From: Candidatus Methylomirabilis limnetica
Lineage (GTDB): Bacteria > Methylomirabilota > Methylomirabilia > Methylomirabilales > Methylomirabilaceae
DNA: 32,000 nt
Assembly: GCF_003044035.1 (NCBI RefSeq)
Contig: NZ_NVQC01000023.1
Span: 90,001 to 122,000, forward strand
Reading direction: 5' to 3'
The notes under the pieces were generated by a model. It was not told where the DNA came from and did no database searches. It worked only from the letters and a program-made list of their open reading frames with translations. The position numbers and the translations under genes were made by a program. Below are positions 15,541 through 23,499 of this stretch, in pieces; within the stretch, counting starts at the first letter, position 1; each line of letters opens with the position of its first letter.

Positions 15541-17013
15541 CGCCCCGATCACCAGTTCCGGGTAGAGCGCCAGTTGCTTAATCAACCCGATCTCTTCCTG
15601 CAGATCGAGCGACTCGAGGGCATCCTCTGGGGTGGGAGCTGGAAACTGAGCCTTTGCCGCCTGCCGGAGAATGCTGCACAGGCGTGTGTGCGCGTACTGC
15701 ACGTAGTAGACGGGGTTTTCCTCGGACGCCGACTTGGCGAGCTCCAGGTCAAAGTCCAAATGGCTGTCGCACCGTCTGGTGAGAAAGATGAAGCGCGCCG
15801 CATCACGGCCCACCTCCTCAACCAGCTCGTCCATCATCACGAACTGCCCGGATCGCTTGGACATCCGGACCTGCTCGGTCCCTCGCATTAAACGGACGAG
15901 CTGCACGATCAGGACCCTGAACGCCTCGGGAGGATGGTCGAGCGCCTGCATTGCAGCCCGCATCCGCGCAATGTAGCCATGGTGGTCCGGGCCCCAGAGA
16001 TCGATCACCTGGTCAAACCCGCGAGCGAACTTGTCCTGGTGATAGGCGATGTCCGGAAGAAAATAAGTGATATCGCCGTCGCCCTTCACAAGGACCCGGT
16101 CTTTATCATCGCCAAAGGCGGTCGAGCGAAACCACAGGGCGCTCTCATGCTCATAGAGGAAGCCGCGCTCCCGCAGCGCCTCCATCACCCGCTCTGGCTC
16201 GCGGCGTTCCCGCAGGGCCCGCTCGCTAAACCACCCATCAAAGGTGACCCCGTATGCCTCAAGCGAGGCCCGCTGCCAGCGGAGGATCCGCTCGACCGCA
16301 AAGCGACCCAGTCGATCGCGGCGCTCCGGCTCCGGCGCTAAGAGCGCCTCGGGCCCGTGCTGCTCCAGAAACTCGCGGGCCAGATCGATCAGATAGTCAC
16401 CCGGATAGGCCTCCTCTGGCATGGGGCAGTCCTCACCCAGGCGCTGACGGCACCGCACCTCCATCGCCAACGCGAGGTTGCGGAATTGGTTCCCCGCATC
16501 GTTCACATAGTACTCGCGGTACGGCCGATGCCCGATGGCCTCTAAGAGCCTAGCGATGGCATCACCGATCGCCGCGGCCCTGGCACTGACCACGACGAGC
16601 GGGCCGGTCGGATTCGCGCTGACAAACTCCACGAGTACGCGGCGCCCGCCGCCGACATCAGCCCTGCCGTACGTCGATCCAGCTCGGAGGATCTCCTGAA
16701 CGAGATGACGCCAGAACGGCCTGGCGATAAAGAAGTTCAGATAGCCGGCGCCCGCCACCTCGACGCGATCGACCAGATCGGAAGGAAATGTTGCTGAGGC
16801 GGCAATCTGGAGCGCGATCTCGCGAGGCTTCTGCCTCAGCGCTTTCGCCAGGCCGAAGGCCAGCGTGGTAGAGAGATCGCCGAAGGCCTGGTCGCTCGGA
16901 TATTCCCACGTAAGCTGTGCGGGAGCATCCTGCGCAAGCCCGCTCTCTAAACCAGCCTGCTTGATGGCGGTCAGAAGCGATTTCGTCAGGTTTGTTTTGA
17001 GAGCACTAATCAT
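15340..17013 (-). CDS. argS: Arginine--tRNA ligase (with a non-canonical HIGH region)
   Basis: 557 aa with ArgRS hallmarks: FVSANPTGPL, EYYVNDAGNQ, WGPDHHGYIARM, VRMSKRSG, YVQYAHTRLCSI and C-terminal EPHRLTTYLHDLAAQFH. The expected H-[IV]-G-H reads V-V-V-S. Confidence 0.93.
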   Translation of the reverse strand: MISALKTNLTKSLLTAIKQAGLESGLAQDAPAQLTWEYPSDQAFGDLSTTLAFGLAKALRQKPREIALQIAASATFPSDLVDRVEVAGAGYLNFFIARPFWRHLVQEILRAGSTYGRADVGGGRRVLVEFVSANPTGPLVVVSARAAAIGDAIARLLEAIGHRPYREYYVNDAGNQFRNLALAMEVRCRQRLGEDCPMPEEAYPGDYLIDLAREFLEQHGPEALLAPEPERRDRLGRFAVERILRWQRASLEAYGVTFDGWFSERALRERREPERVMEALRERGFLYEHESALWFRSTAFGDDKDRVLVKGDGDITYFLPDIAYHQDKFARGFDQVIDLWGPDHHGYIARMRAAMQALDHPPEAFRVLIVQLVRLMRGTEQVRMSKRSGQFVMMDELVEEVGRDAARFIFLTRRCDSHLDFDLELAKSASEENPVYYVQYAHTRLCSILRQAAKAQFPAPTPEDALESLDLQEEIGLIKQLALYPELVIGAAQALEPHRLTTYLHDLAAQFHGYYTRHRIISADRNLTRARLALVAALRVVMANALGLLGVSAPERM

Positions 17014-17023
17014 AGGATGAGTA

Positions 17024-17119
17024 ATTCCTCAGAAAATCCCCCCCACCTTAATCCTCCCCCTCCGAAGGGGGAGGAGTCTGCCTGAGATGTCCCTTCCCCC
17101 CATGAGGGGGAAGGTGAGG
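17024..17119. repeat. Family-C structured repeat
   Basis: Hairpins are cctccccct-ccga-agggggagg (17044-17065) and ccttcccccc-at-gagggggaagg (17083-17105). The outer arms are aaaatcccccccaccttaat and ggtgaggatggggggg. This is the same design as 69-177. Confidence 0.65.
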
Positions 17120-17166
17120 ATGGGGGGGCGAAGTTGCCGTTTCATACGTCGTGGTGCGGTAGCGCC

Positions 17167-18645
17167 TCACGGCATATTCCTCTGAATCTTATCGGCGCAC
17201 GCCTTCGCCCAGTCGAGCAATCTAGAAACCTGGCTCTGGGTCGGCGCCTCGGCGTAGAGGCGAAGCACGGGCTCTGTCCCTGACGGCCGGATGAGCAGCC
17301 AGCCTCCGTCTGCCCCGACCAGCTTCACGCCATCCAGGGTCTGAACCTCTTTCACTCGCCACTCGTCGATATGGGTTGGTGGGTCGCTCGCAACGCGTCG
17401 CCCGAGTTCCGCCCCGTCTTCAGACCGAGCCAGTTGCAGGTCAAGACGCCGATAGCAATGGGGTCCCACCTTCGCCTCCAGCTCCCCGAGTAACACCCCA
17501 AGCGGTTTCTTTTCTGTCGCCATACACTCCAGCAGCAGCAACGCACTGACAATCCCATCCCGCTCAGGGATGTGCCCGGCAAACCCAATCCCCCCGCTCT
17601 CCTCTCCCCCGATCAGAAACGGCTCCCCTCGCATGACCTCGGCAATGTGCTTGAATCCGATCGGGGTGACCGCAAGCCGCAGGCCATGGCTCGCCGTCAA
17701 CCGGTCGATCATCGTGGTGGTGGAAAAGCTCTTGATCACCGTTCCAGAGAGTCCGCGCCTGGTTACCAGATGCTGCAGCAGCAATGCAAAGACCTGGTGC
17801 GGCGTGACATATGACCCAGTCTCATCGATGACCCCCAGGCGATCGCCGTCGCCGTCAAAGGCCAGCCCAATCTTTCTCGACTCGTTCAGATCCCTGACCC
17901 GTTCGGCGAGCTCTCCGAGACTCGCGCCCAGCGGTTCAGGAGGCACCCCCCCAAACCACGGGTTGATCTCCGCGTGAATCTCCTCGGCCTTCAGACCGAT
18001 CTGTCGAAGCATCGCCGCCACAATGCCCTGCGCCGCCCCGTACATCGGATCGATGACAACATGAATTCCTGAGCGGCCGATACGCTCCATATCGACCAGA
18101 GTACGTAGCCGCTCCTGATACTGCGGGAGGGGATCGAATGGATTGATCGCGCCCACTGTCGTCTGGTCCGTCGAAGGAGAGGCGCCCTCCGGCCGAACCC
18201 CGAGATCTCCCGAGAGGCGACGGACCTCTACCTCGATCTGATCGGTCAAGGTCGTCGTCGCGCAGCCGCCATCGGCTATGCGGACTTTCAACCCGTTGTA
18301 GGATGGAGGATTGTGACTGGCAGTGACCATCAGTCCACCCCGCGCCTTGAGAACCGGGATAGCGCACGCCAACATTGGGGTGGTAACGTGAGAGGTCGTG
18401 AGGCGAACCTCTACGCCGAGAGCGGTAAGAGCGTCAGCTGCTGTCTGCGCGAACCGACGGGAGAGAAAGCGGGTATCGTGACCGACGGCGACGAGGAAGC
18501 GCTGGCCTTCAGGATGGCTCGCTCGAAGGGTTGCAGCTACAGCGCCGGCAACCAGTCGAACGCCCTCAAAGGTGAAATCCCTGGCGATGACTCCCCGCCA
18601 ACCGTCCGTCCCAAAGCGGATCTGCAGCGGCGCAGACATCAGCAC
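17167..18645 (-). CDS. Phosphoglucomutase/phosphomannomutase family protein
   Basis: 492 aa with the active-site Ser loop TASHNPPSYNGLK, the Mg site AFDGDGDRLGV, the sugar-binding GGEESGG and the N-terminal FGTDGWRG. Confidence 0.9.
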   Translation of the reverse strand: MLMSAPLQIRFGTDGWRGVIARDFTFEGVRLVAGAVAATLRASHPEGQRFLVAVGHDTRFLSRRFAQTAADALTALGVEVRLTTSHVTTPMLACAIPVLKARGGLMVTASHNPPSYNGLKVRIADGGCATTTLTDQIEVEVRRLSGDLGVRPEGASPSTDQTTVGAINPFDPLPQYQERLRTLVDMERIGRSGIHVVIDPMYGAAQGIVAAMLRQIGLKAEEIHAEINPWFGGVPPEPLGASLGELAERVRDLNESRKIGLAFDGDGDRLGVIDETGSYVTPHQVFALLLQHLVTRRGLSGTVIKSFSTTTMIDRLTASHGLRLAVTPIGFKHIAEVMRGEPFLIGGEESGGIGFAGHIPERDGIVSALLLLECMATEKKPLGVLLGELEAKVGPHCYRRLDLQLARSEDGAELGRRVASDPPTHIDEWRVKEVQTLDGVKLVGADGGWLLIRPSGTEPVLRLYAEAPTQSQVSRLLDWAKACADKIQRNMP

Positions 18646-18665
18646 CCGCAGTTAGGTTCAATGCT

Positions 18666-18752
18666 GTTCACTTTAGCCGTTCGTGGTGAGCCTGTCGAAC
18701 CACAATTACCCTTCGACAAGCTCAGGGCGAACGGCGTGGGGCTTAAGTGAAC
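18666..18752. repeat. Family-D structured repeat
   Basis: It is a long imperfect palindrome: gttcactt..cgttcg..tgagcctgtcgaa / ttcgacaagctca..cgaacg..aagtgaac. It is related to 2857-2961. Confidence 0.65.
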
Positions 18753-18787
18753 AGTATTGCAGTTGGGTGACGGGAAACGGATCGGGA

Positions 18788-19126
18788 TCATCGCGTGAGG
18801 GGGTAGCCTTGCTTGAGCCAGGCAATGGTTCCCCCTTCAAGGTTGTAGATCTGCGTCCTACCGATGGCCGCCGCAACCTCGCAGGCCACTGCGCTCCGGA
18901 TTCCTTCGGCGCACACGAAGATGATGCCGTCCTGCTGGAGCAGCTCTCGCGGGCGATTCATCAGCGTTCCCAGAGGGATATGCACGGACTCGGCGATATG
19001 CCCCTGGCTCCACTCCGCCGACTCCCGCACATCGACCACGACCATGCCCCCTTTATCGATCAGCCCCTTGGCCGTTCCCGGGGTGATGCGATCAAATGGA
19101 TCCTGGAACTCCTCTTTCGATATCAT
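18788..19126 (-). CDS. Rhodanese-like sulfurtransferase domain protein
   Basis: The active-site loop is CAEGIRS (CxxGxR[ST]). I prefer the ATG at 19126 (MISKEEF..), preceded by GGGAAGGGAAGG, over the TTG at 19141 used by the ORF track. Confidence 0.85.
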   Translation of the reverse strand: MISKEEFQDPFDRITPGTAKGLIDKGGMVVVDVRESAEWSQGHIAESVHIPLGTLMNRPRELLQQDGIIFVCAEGIRSAVACEVAAAIGRTQIYNLEGGTIAWLKQGYPLTR

Positions 19127-19220
19127 ACCTTCCCTTCCCAAGTTTGACGATGTATCGCCGCATCAACCGCAACAGAGGAAACCGCATGCCCTCGCAGTAA
19201 GTCACTACACGCGTATAATA

Positions 19221-19255
19221 GCGCATCGTCCTCCCTTGCTTCAAGGACGATGCGC
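19221..19255 (-). terminator. Hairpin terminator downstream of the 363-aa hydrolase gene
   Basis: It has a perfect 12-bp stem gcgcatcgtcct/aggacgatgcgc with an 11-nt loop. It starts 5 nt after the stop at 19260 and is followed on the minus strand by UAUUAUAC. The U-tract is weak. Confidence 0.5.
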
Positions 19256-19259
19256 GGCT

Positions 19260-20351
19260 TTACTCCTCCAGGAAGTTCTGAACGCCTCGATAGAGTAGGA
19301 GGCGGTTCTTCTCCAGTATGGCGTAATGGGTTGAATCCCCAATGTCCAAGCGCCGCTTGGATGGCGCCGATGTGAGCTTCTGGAGGAGCTCTTCAGCGGC
19401 CTCGTTGCTTATCAACTCTTCGGCGCTCCCTCGAACGATCATGGTCGGTGCCTTGATCCTCGCTGGATCGAACAACGATCGGCCCGCGTGGATTTCGTGC
19501 CAATCGATGTACGGGCCGTTGGGAACCTGGATCGATTCCGGAGTGCGTTGTTTGGCTGTGGGGTCGGAGTTCAAGAGTGTGCTGATCCAAGCATCAATGA
19601 CCTCCCTGTCTCGCCAGTCATCCTGGAGTTCCGCCTTGATCCATCCATCCCACTGCTCAAGCATTGCCTTCCGAGATAGATAGCGATAGGCCCCCATTTC
19701 AAAATGCGGTCGATCGGTGTTGGTCGGGTCGCCGAACGTACTGACGAAGGTAGAATTCTTCCCATAAATCGCCCCGTACATCACCAGTTTATTCACCTTT
19801 TCCGGATGCATCGTCGCATACAGGGCGGACCAGGAAGCGCCAATAGAGTGTCCGATGATGTTGACTTTATCCACCTTTCGCTTGGAACGGATGTAATCGA
19901 CGGCAACATCAATATCCCGCATCACCTGATCCGCTCGAACCAGGGGAAGGTTCTGTTCCGGAGATTCCTTCATTTCCGGTGGCCTGGTCGAGCGTCCGAA
20001 TCCCCTGATATCCACGGTAAAAGCGTCAAAGCCGCGTTCGGCCACATACTCCAACCAGGAATATCCGGGAAGCGCAAGGTCAAAAATGACTGAGCCAGGG
20101 CCTGGAAGACCATGGACGAACAGGACCACATTCTCTTTGGTAATCTTTGGCAAGTTCGAGAGCCGCTTCTCTCGAACGAACAGTTTGACCCCCTGATCCC
20201 TGCCCTGCACCAAAAATTCCTCCTTGACGATGGCGTTCTCCTGCTCCGCCGCACCCACTGCAGAAGCGCTTATCGCGACAACCGCTAACGCCACTCGACA
20301 CATCCTGCCGATTCGCAACCAGTGATCCATCCTGCTCTCCTTTCTCCGCAT
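19260..20351 (-). CDS. Secreted alpha/beta-fold hydrolase
   Basis: 363 aa. The N-terminal signal-like segment is RVALAVVAISASAVGAAEQ. The nucleophile elbow is GHSIGAS and the oxyanion region is LFVHGLPG. Confidence 0.8.
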   Translation of the reverse strand: MRRKESRMDHWLRIGRMCRVALAVVAISASAVGAAEQENAIVKEEFLVQGRDQGVKLFVREKRLSNLPKITKENVVLFVHGLPGPGSVIFDLALPGYSWLEYVAERGFDAFTVDIRGFGRSTRPPEMKESPEQNLPLVRADQVMRDIDVAVDYIRSKRKVDKVNIIGHSIGASWSALYATMHPEKVNKLVMYGAIYGKNSTFVSTFGDPTNTDRPHFEMGAYRYLSRKAMLEQWDGWIKAELQDDWRDREVIDAWISTLLNSDPTAKQRTPESIQVPNGPYIDWHEIHAGRSLFDPARIKAPTMIVRGSAEELISNEAAEELLQKLTSAPSKRRLDIGDSTHYAILEKNRLLLYRGVQNFLEE

Positions 20352-20432
20352 ATTCTATCGAAGCACCAATGTCTTATCTATTGAAGGCCCATCATTATAA
20401 GGCTAGAAGAGGCAGGAGTGTCAACTTCTTTT

Positions 20433-20572
20433 GTAACTACAGGTAGATAGACTGAAGGCTGAAGGCTGTTAGTGGTAGGAACCGAGAAGGTCTTGAACGG
20501 CTCGATTCGTGTCTTGCGAGATATTTATAACCTTCAGTCTTCAGCCTTCAGCCTAAACACCTGGGTAGTTAC
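20433..20572. repeat. Family-A MITE-like element (full copy)
   Basis: The terminal inverted repeats are gtaactac-aggtagatagactgaaggctgaaggctg and cttcagtcttcagccttcagcctaaacacctgggtagttac. The arms are built of CTGAAGG/CCTTCAG heptads. The core matches 1-50 and 27060-27100. Confidence 0.8.
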
Positions 20573-20593
20573 ACTGATACCAGTGATTGCCAT

Positions 20594-20622
20594 TTGCCTC
20601 TGGGACCTGATTTTCTTATAAT
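20594..20622 (+). promoter_or_regulatory. Sigma70-like promoter, possibly giving a leaderless hpnD-like mRNA
   Basis: TTGCCT (20594-99), a 17-nt spacer, then TATAAT (20617-22). The ATG at 20630 is 7 nt downstream of the -10 box. No Shine-Dalgarno sequence lies between them. Confidence 0.5.
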
Positions 20623-20629
20623 ACGATCT

Positions 20630-21487
20630 ATGAGTCAGGTAGATGACCTTCGAAGCGTCAGCCGCCAGGTAACCAAAAAGAGCGGCTCGAACTTCTACTA
20701 CTCCTTTCTCTTCCTCCCAAAGCCAAAACGCGAGGCGATGTACGCCGTCTACGCCTTCTGTCGGTTGAGCGACGATCTGGTGGATGAGTCAAAGGCTGGA
20801 GGCGATCCCTCGGCCGCGCTGACCCGATGGAGAAAAGCGCTCGATACCTACTTTCAGGACGGCGTTGGGCCCCCTGTCATCATGGCTGTTGGCCAAGCCG
20901 CGTGCCGGTTCAATATCCCAAAGGTCTACTTCGAGGAGCTGCTCAATGGCATGGAGATGGATCTCACGCGCGCCAGATATGCGACGCTTGACGAACTCTA
21001 CCCGTACTGCTACCGCGTGGCGTCGATTGTAGGCCTCATCTGCATCGAAATCTTTGGCTACACCAATCCGCAGACAAAGACGTACGCCGAACAACTGGGC
21101 ATTGCCTTTCAACTGACCAACATTATTCGGGATGTGGGTGTTGATGCACAACGAGGACGGATCTACCTTCCGCAGGATGAGTTGAAGCAGTTTGGATATT
21201 CTGAAGAAGAGCTGCTGGCCGGACGATACAACCGCGCCTTCATGGAGCTGATGCAGTTTCAGTGTGAGCGAGCCCGAGGCTTTTTTCACGCAGCCTCAGC
21301 CGCGTTGTCGGCAGAGGATGAGCGGTCGCTGCTGGCCGCAGAGATCATGCGGGCTATTTACTACCGCCTGTTGCTCAGAATCGAAGCGCAACAGTACGAT
21401 GTCTTCCGCGGGGATATCACTCTTGGTAAACCCCGGAAGCTTTTGTTGGCCGGCGGTCTGTGGCTCCGATCGATACTGCGCTTTTAG
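20630..21487 (+). CDS. hpnD: Squalene/phytoene synthase family protein, HpnD (presqualene diphosphate synthase)-like
   Basis: The N-terminus is SGSNFYYSFLFLPKPKREAMYAVYAFCRLSDDLVDE (first Asp-rich motif). The second motif is NIIRDVGVDAQRGRIYLP. I prefer the ATG at 20630 to the TTG at 20594. Confidence 0.75.
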   Translation: MSQVDDLRSVSRQVTKKSGSNFYYSFLFLPKPKREAMYAVYAFCRLSDDLVDESKAGGDPSAALTRWRKALDTYFQDGVGPPVIMAVGQAACRFNIPKVYFEELLNGMEMDLTRARYATLDELYPYCYRVASIVGLICIEIFGYTNPQTKTYAEQLGIAFQLTNIIRDVGVDAQRGRIYLPQDELKQFGYSEEELLAGRYNRAFMELMQFQCERARGFFHAASAALSAEDERSLLAAEIMRAIYYRLLLRIEAQQYDVFRGDITLGKPRKLLLAGGLWLRSILRF

Positions 21488-21518
21488 TGTAATGTCCCCT
21501 GAGTCTCTTTGCTTTGAT

Positions 21519-21733
21519 TGTCATTCCGGGCTTGATAAGCCTGCCCCGTACTTGATACGGGGGGAATCCAGTCGGGCCCTATGGATACCGGCTTCCGCCG
21601 GTATGACGAACTCGCGGCAAGCCTCGGGGAATGAACCCCCAGTGGATTCAAGATCTTTCTGAAGTTTTGCGTGATCACGCATGACTTACACCTAACAGCC
21701 TTCAGTCTTCAGCCTATCTACCCGAGTAGTTAC
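21519..21733. repeat. Composite repeat: family-B element fused to a half family-A element
   Basis: 21519-21653 is the B consensus (gtcattccgggcttgata..ataccggcttccgccggtat..gaatgaacccccagtggattcaagatc). 21654-21733 is the A core tail plus the arm ..ccttcagtcttcagcctatctacccgagtagttac. Confidence 0.8.
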
Positions 21734-21773
21734 GCTGAAACATCTACACGGCAGAGACGGGGTCACGTCCTGA

Positions 21774-22370
21774 TTAGCGACCCTTACCGTGGTGGTCAAT
21801 CCCAATGTGGGCTTTGATGAACTTGACGATCCGCGCCTCGTCAAACTCATCAAACTTGTCGATCCTGCCCCATGCCGTCAGCGCAATCTTTCGATCCAGT
21901 CCGGTGTATGGCGCAAGGATAACGTGATCGTACCGCTCGGCAATCGCGGTGAGCTGTTTGATCAGGTCAGGGCAATCCTGACAGAAGTAGTTGATCGCCA
22001 CGCCGCCATCTTCGAGATTGTGAACCTGCATCTCCTTCGGGACCGGTTCGCTGTGAACGCCCCATTTTGCCACCCCGGCAGCATGAGGTCCAGAGGTTGG
22101 TGGATCGCTATTGTACGGCGGATGAGGGGTACCGAGGGCAACGTGGGGGCTCGGCAGGGTCGCAACGGAGGTCCAGCTCACCTTCTCCGTCATCTTGCCG
22201 TAACCCCAATAGGCGGCAACCATCAGAACGACCGCAATGGCGGAATAGAGCCCGATCTGCCCCATAACCCCCTGACGTCGCTTCGCTCTTTCCGCCTCAG
22301 CACGTTCCTGCTTTGCCTTTTGGTTAGCCTCTTTCTTGATTTGCGATTTCGCGATCTGCGGCTTTGCCAT
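21774..22370 (-). CDS. DUF3105-like membrane-anchored protein
   Basis: 198 aa with a Lys-rich N-terminus and one TM helix (IGLYSAIAVVLMVAAYWGY). The PPTSGPH motif and ..APYTGLDRKIALTAWGR are as I recall for DUF3105. Confidence 0.7.
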   Translation of the reverse strand: MAKPQIAKSQIKKEANQKAKQERAEAERAKRRQGVMGQIGLYSAIAVVLMVAAYWGYGKMTEKVSWTSVATLPSPHVALGTPHPPYNSDPPTSGPHAAGVAKWGVHSEPVPKEMQVHNLEDGGVAINYFCQDCPDLIKQLTAIAERYDHVILAPYTGLDRKIALTAWGRIDKFDEFDEARIVKFIKAHIGIDHHGKGR

Positions 22371-22418
22371 CCACCCCCCTTTAATATTATCGCTGTGAGA
22401 CCGGCCTTGAACGCCAGG

Positions 22419-23303
22419 CTATTTGCTTCCTCCACTCTTCCGACGGTTGCCGACACCCTTACGCTCGACCGGCTGCGGCGTTTCTGGAGTGGCGACCAGT
22501 GTAAGCACCTCGCTAGCCGCCTCCTCGATCGATTTGCAGCTCATATCGATGACCGGCCAGCCCGCCTTGCGGAAGAGTGACCGGCTGTATGAAAGCTCAG
22601 CGCGCACATCCTCCACCTTCGCGTAGGCTTCAGCCGCAGGCGCAAGCTTGCGCTCGAGTCTGTCCCGCCGCAGATCCACCAGCCGTTCCACCCCCACAAT
22701 GAGCCCAACGATTCGGCCCTGATCGATCGTCATCAACCGGCCTGGCAGCGGAAGATGTAAGATCACGGGGACGTTCGCAACTCGCCACCCCTTTCCCGCC
22801 AGGTAGAGGCTCAACGGAGTCTTGGAGGTTCGTGAGACGCCGACGAAGACGATCTCGGCGCGGTCTAGGCCAAGCGGGTCCTGGCCGTCGTCGTGCTTGA
22901 AAGTATATTCGATAGCCTCGATTCGTTGGAGGGACTCCTGCCCTAGTTGTCGGAATAGACCGGGCTGCACAAGCGGGGGCATACACAACTGGTTGCTCAG
23001 GCGAAGCAGCAGCGGCCCGATCAGGTCGATGGTCTCTACCCCTCGCTCCCGTCCCTCCCGTAACAGGACATGCCTAAGCTCCTCTGACACCAGGGTATGC
23101 ACAATGATCCCTTTGTTCGCTTGGGCAGTCTCAATCGCACGTCGCACCTCACCCACCGTCCGGATATTGGGAAGACGGCAGATCTCCACCTCTGCCACCT
23201 GAAACTGAGCCAGCGCGGCACGGACAACCAGTTCCGCGGTGGCGCCGGTGGCGTCGGAAACGATAAAGATCTGATAACGGCCTCCGGATGAGGAGCGGTT
23301 CAT
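22419..23303 (-). CDS. ppsR: Pyruvate,phosphate dikinase / PEP synthase regulatory protein (bifunctional kinase-pyrophosphorylase, DUF299)
   Basis: 294 aa with N-terminal IFIVSDATGATAE and the P-loop-like VGVSRTSKTPLSLYLA, both characteristic of the PpsR/PDRP family. Confidence 0.9.
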   Translation of the reverse strand: MNRSSSGGRYQIFIVSDATGATAELVVRAALAQFQVAEVEICRLPNIRTVGEVRRAIETAQANKGIIVHTLVSEELRHVLLREGRERGVETIDLIGPLLLRLSNQLCMPPLVQPGLFRQLGQESLQRIEAIEYTFKHDDGQDPLGLDRAEIVFVGVSRTSKTPLSLYLAGKGWRVANVPVILHLPLPGRLMTIDQGRIVGLIVGVERLVDLRRDRLERKLAPAAEAYAKVEDVRAELSYSRSLFRKAGWPVIDMSCKSIEEAASEVLTLVATPETPQPVERKGVGNRRKSGGSK

Positions 23304-23323
23304 AGCGGCTATCCTATCATCCC

Positions 23324-23488
23324 GTAACTACTCAGGTAGATAGACTGTAGGCTTTTAGACTGTAGGAACGCACCATGCGAGACCATACCAAGCCGAGAGC
23401 GCGTGAACTGGCCGACGAAGCGCCCTGATTCGGTCCGTGCGCAACTACTAACAGCCTTCAGCCTACAGCCTAAACACCTGAGTAGTTG
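23324..23488. repeat. Family-A MITE-like element, variant core (copy 1)
   Basis: The TIRs are gtaactactcaggtagatagactgtaggc and gcctacagcctaaacacctgagtagttgc. Its core is the reverse complement of the core at 24637-24804. Confidence 0.85.
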
Positions 23489-23499
23489 CCTCATCCCCA

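Noticed and set aside
15274-15891. 205-aa plus-strand ORF, plus other ORFs in 15.5-16.9 kb
   Set aside because: They are antisense to or out of frame with argS, whose identity is unambiguous.
20594-20629. TTG start extending the hpnD-like ORF by 12 codons
   Set aside because: The extension overlaps the predicted -35/-10 promoter elements. The ATG at 20630 gives an N-terminus closer to what I remember for HpnD-family proteins.
21789-22580. 263-aa plus-strand ORF
   Set aside because: It is antisense to the DUF3105 gene and the ppsR 3' end. It has no motifs and an Arg/Leu-rich shadow composition.
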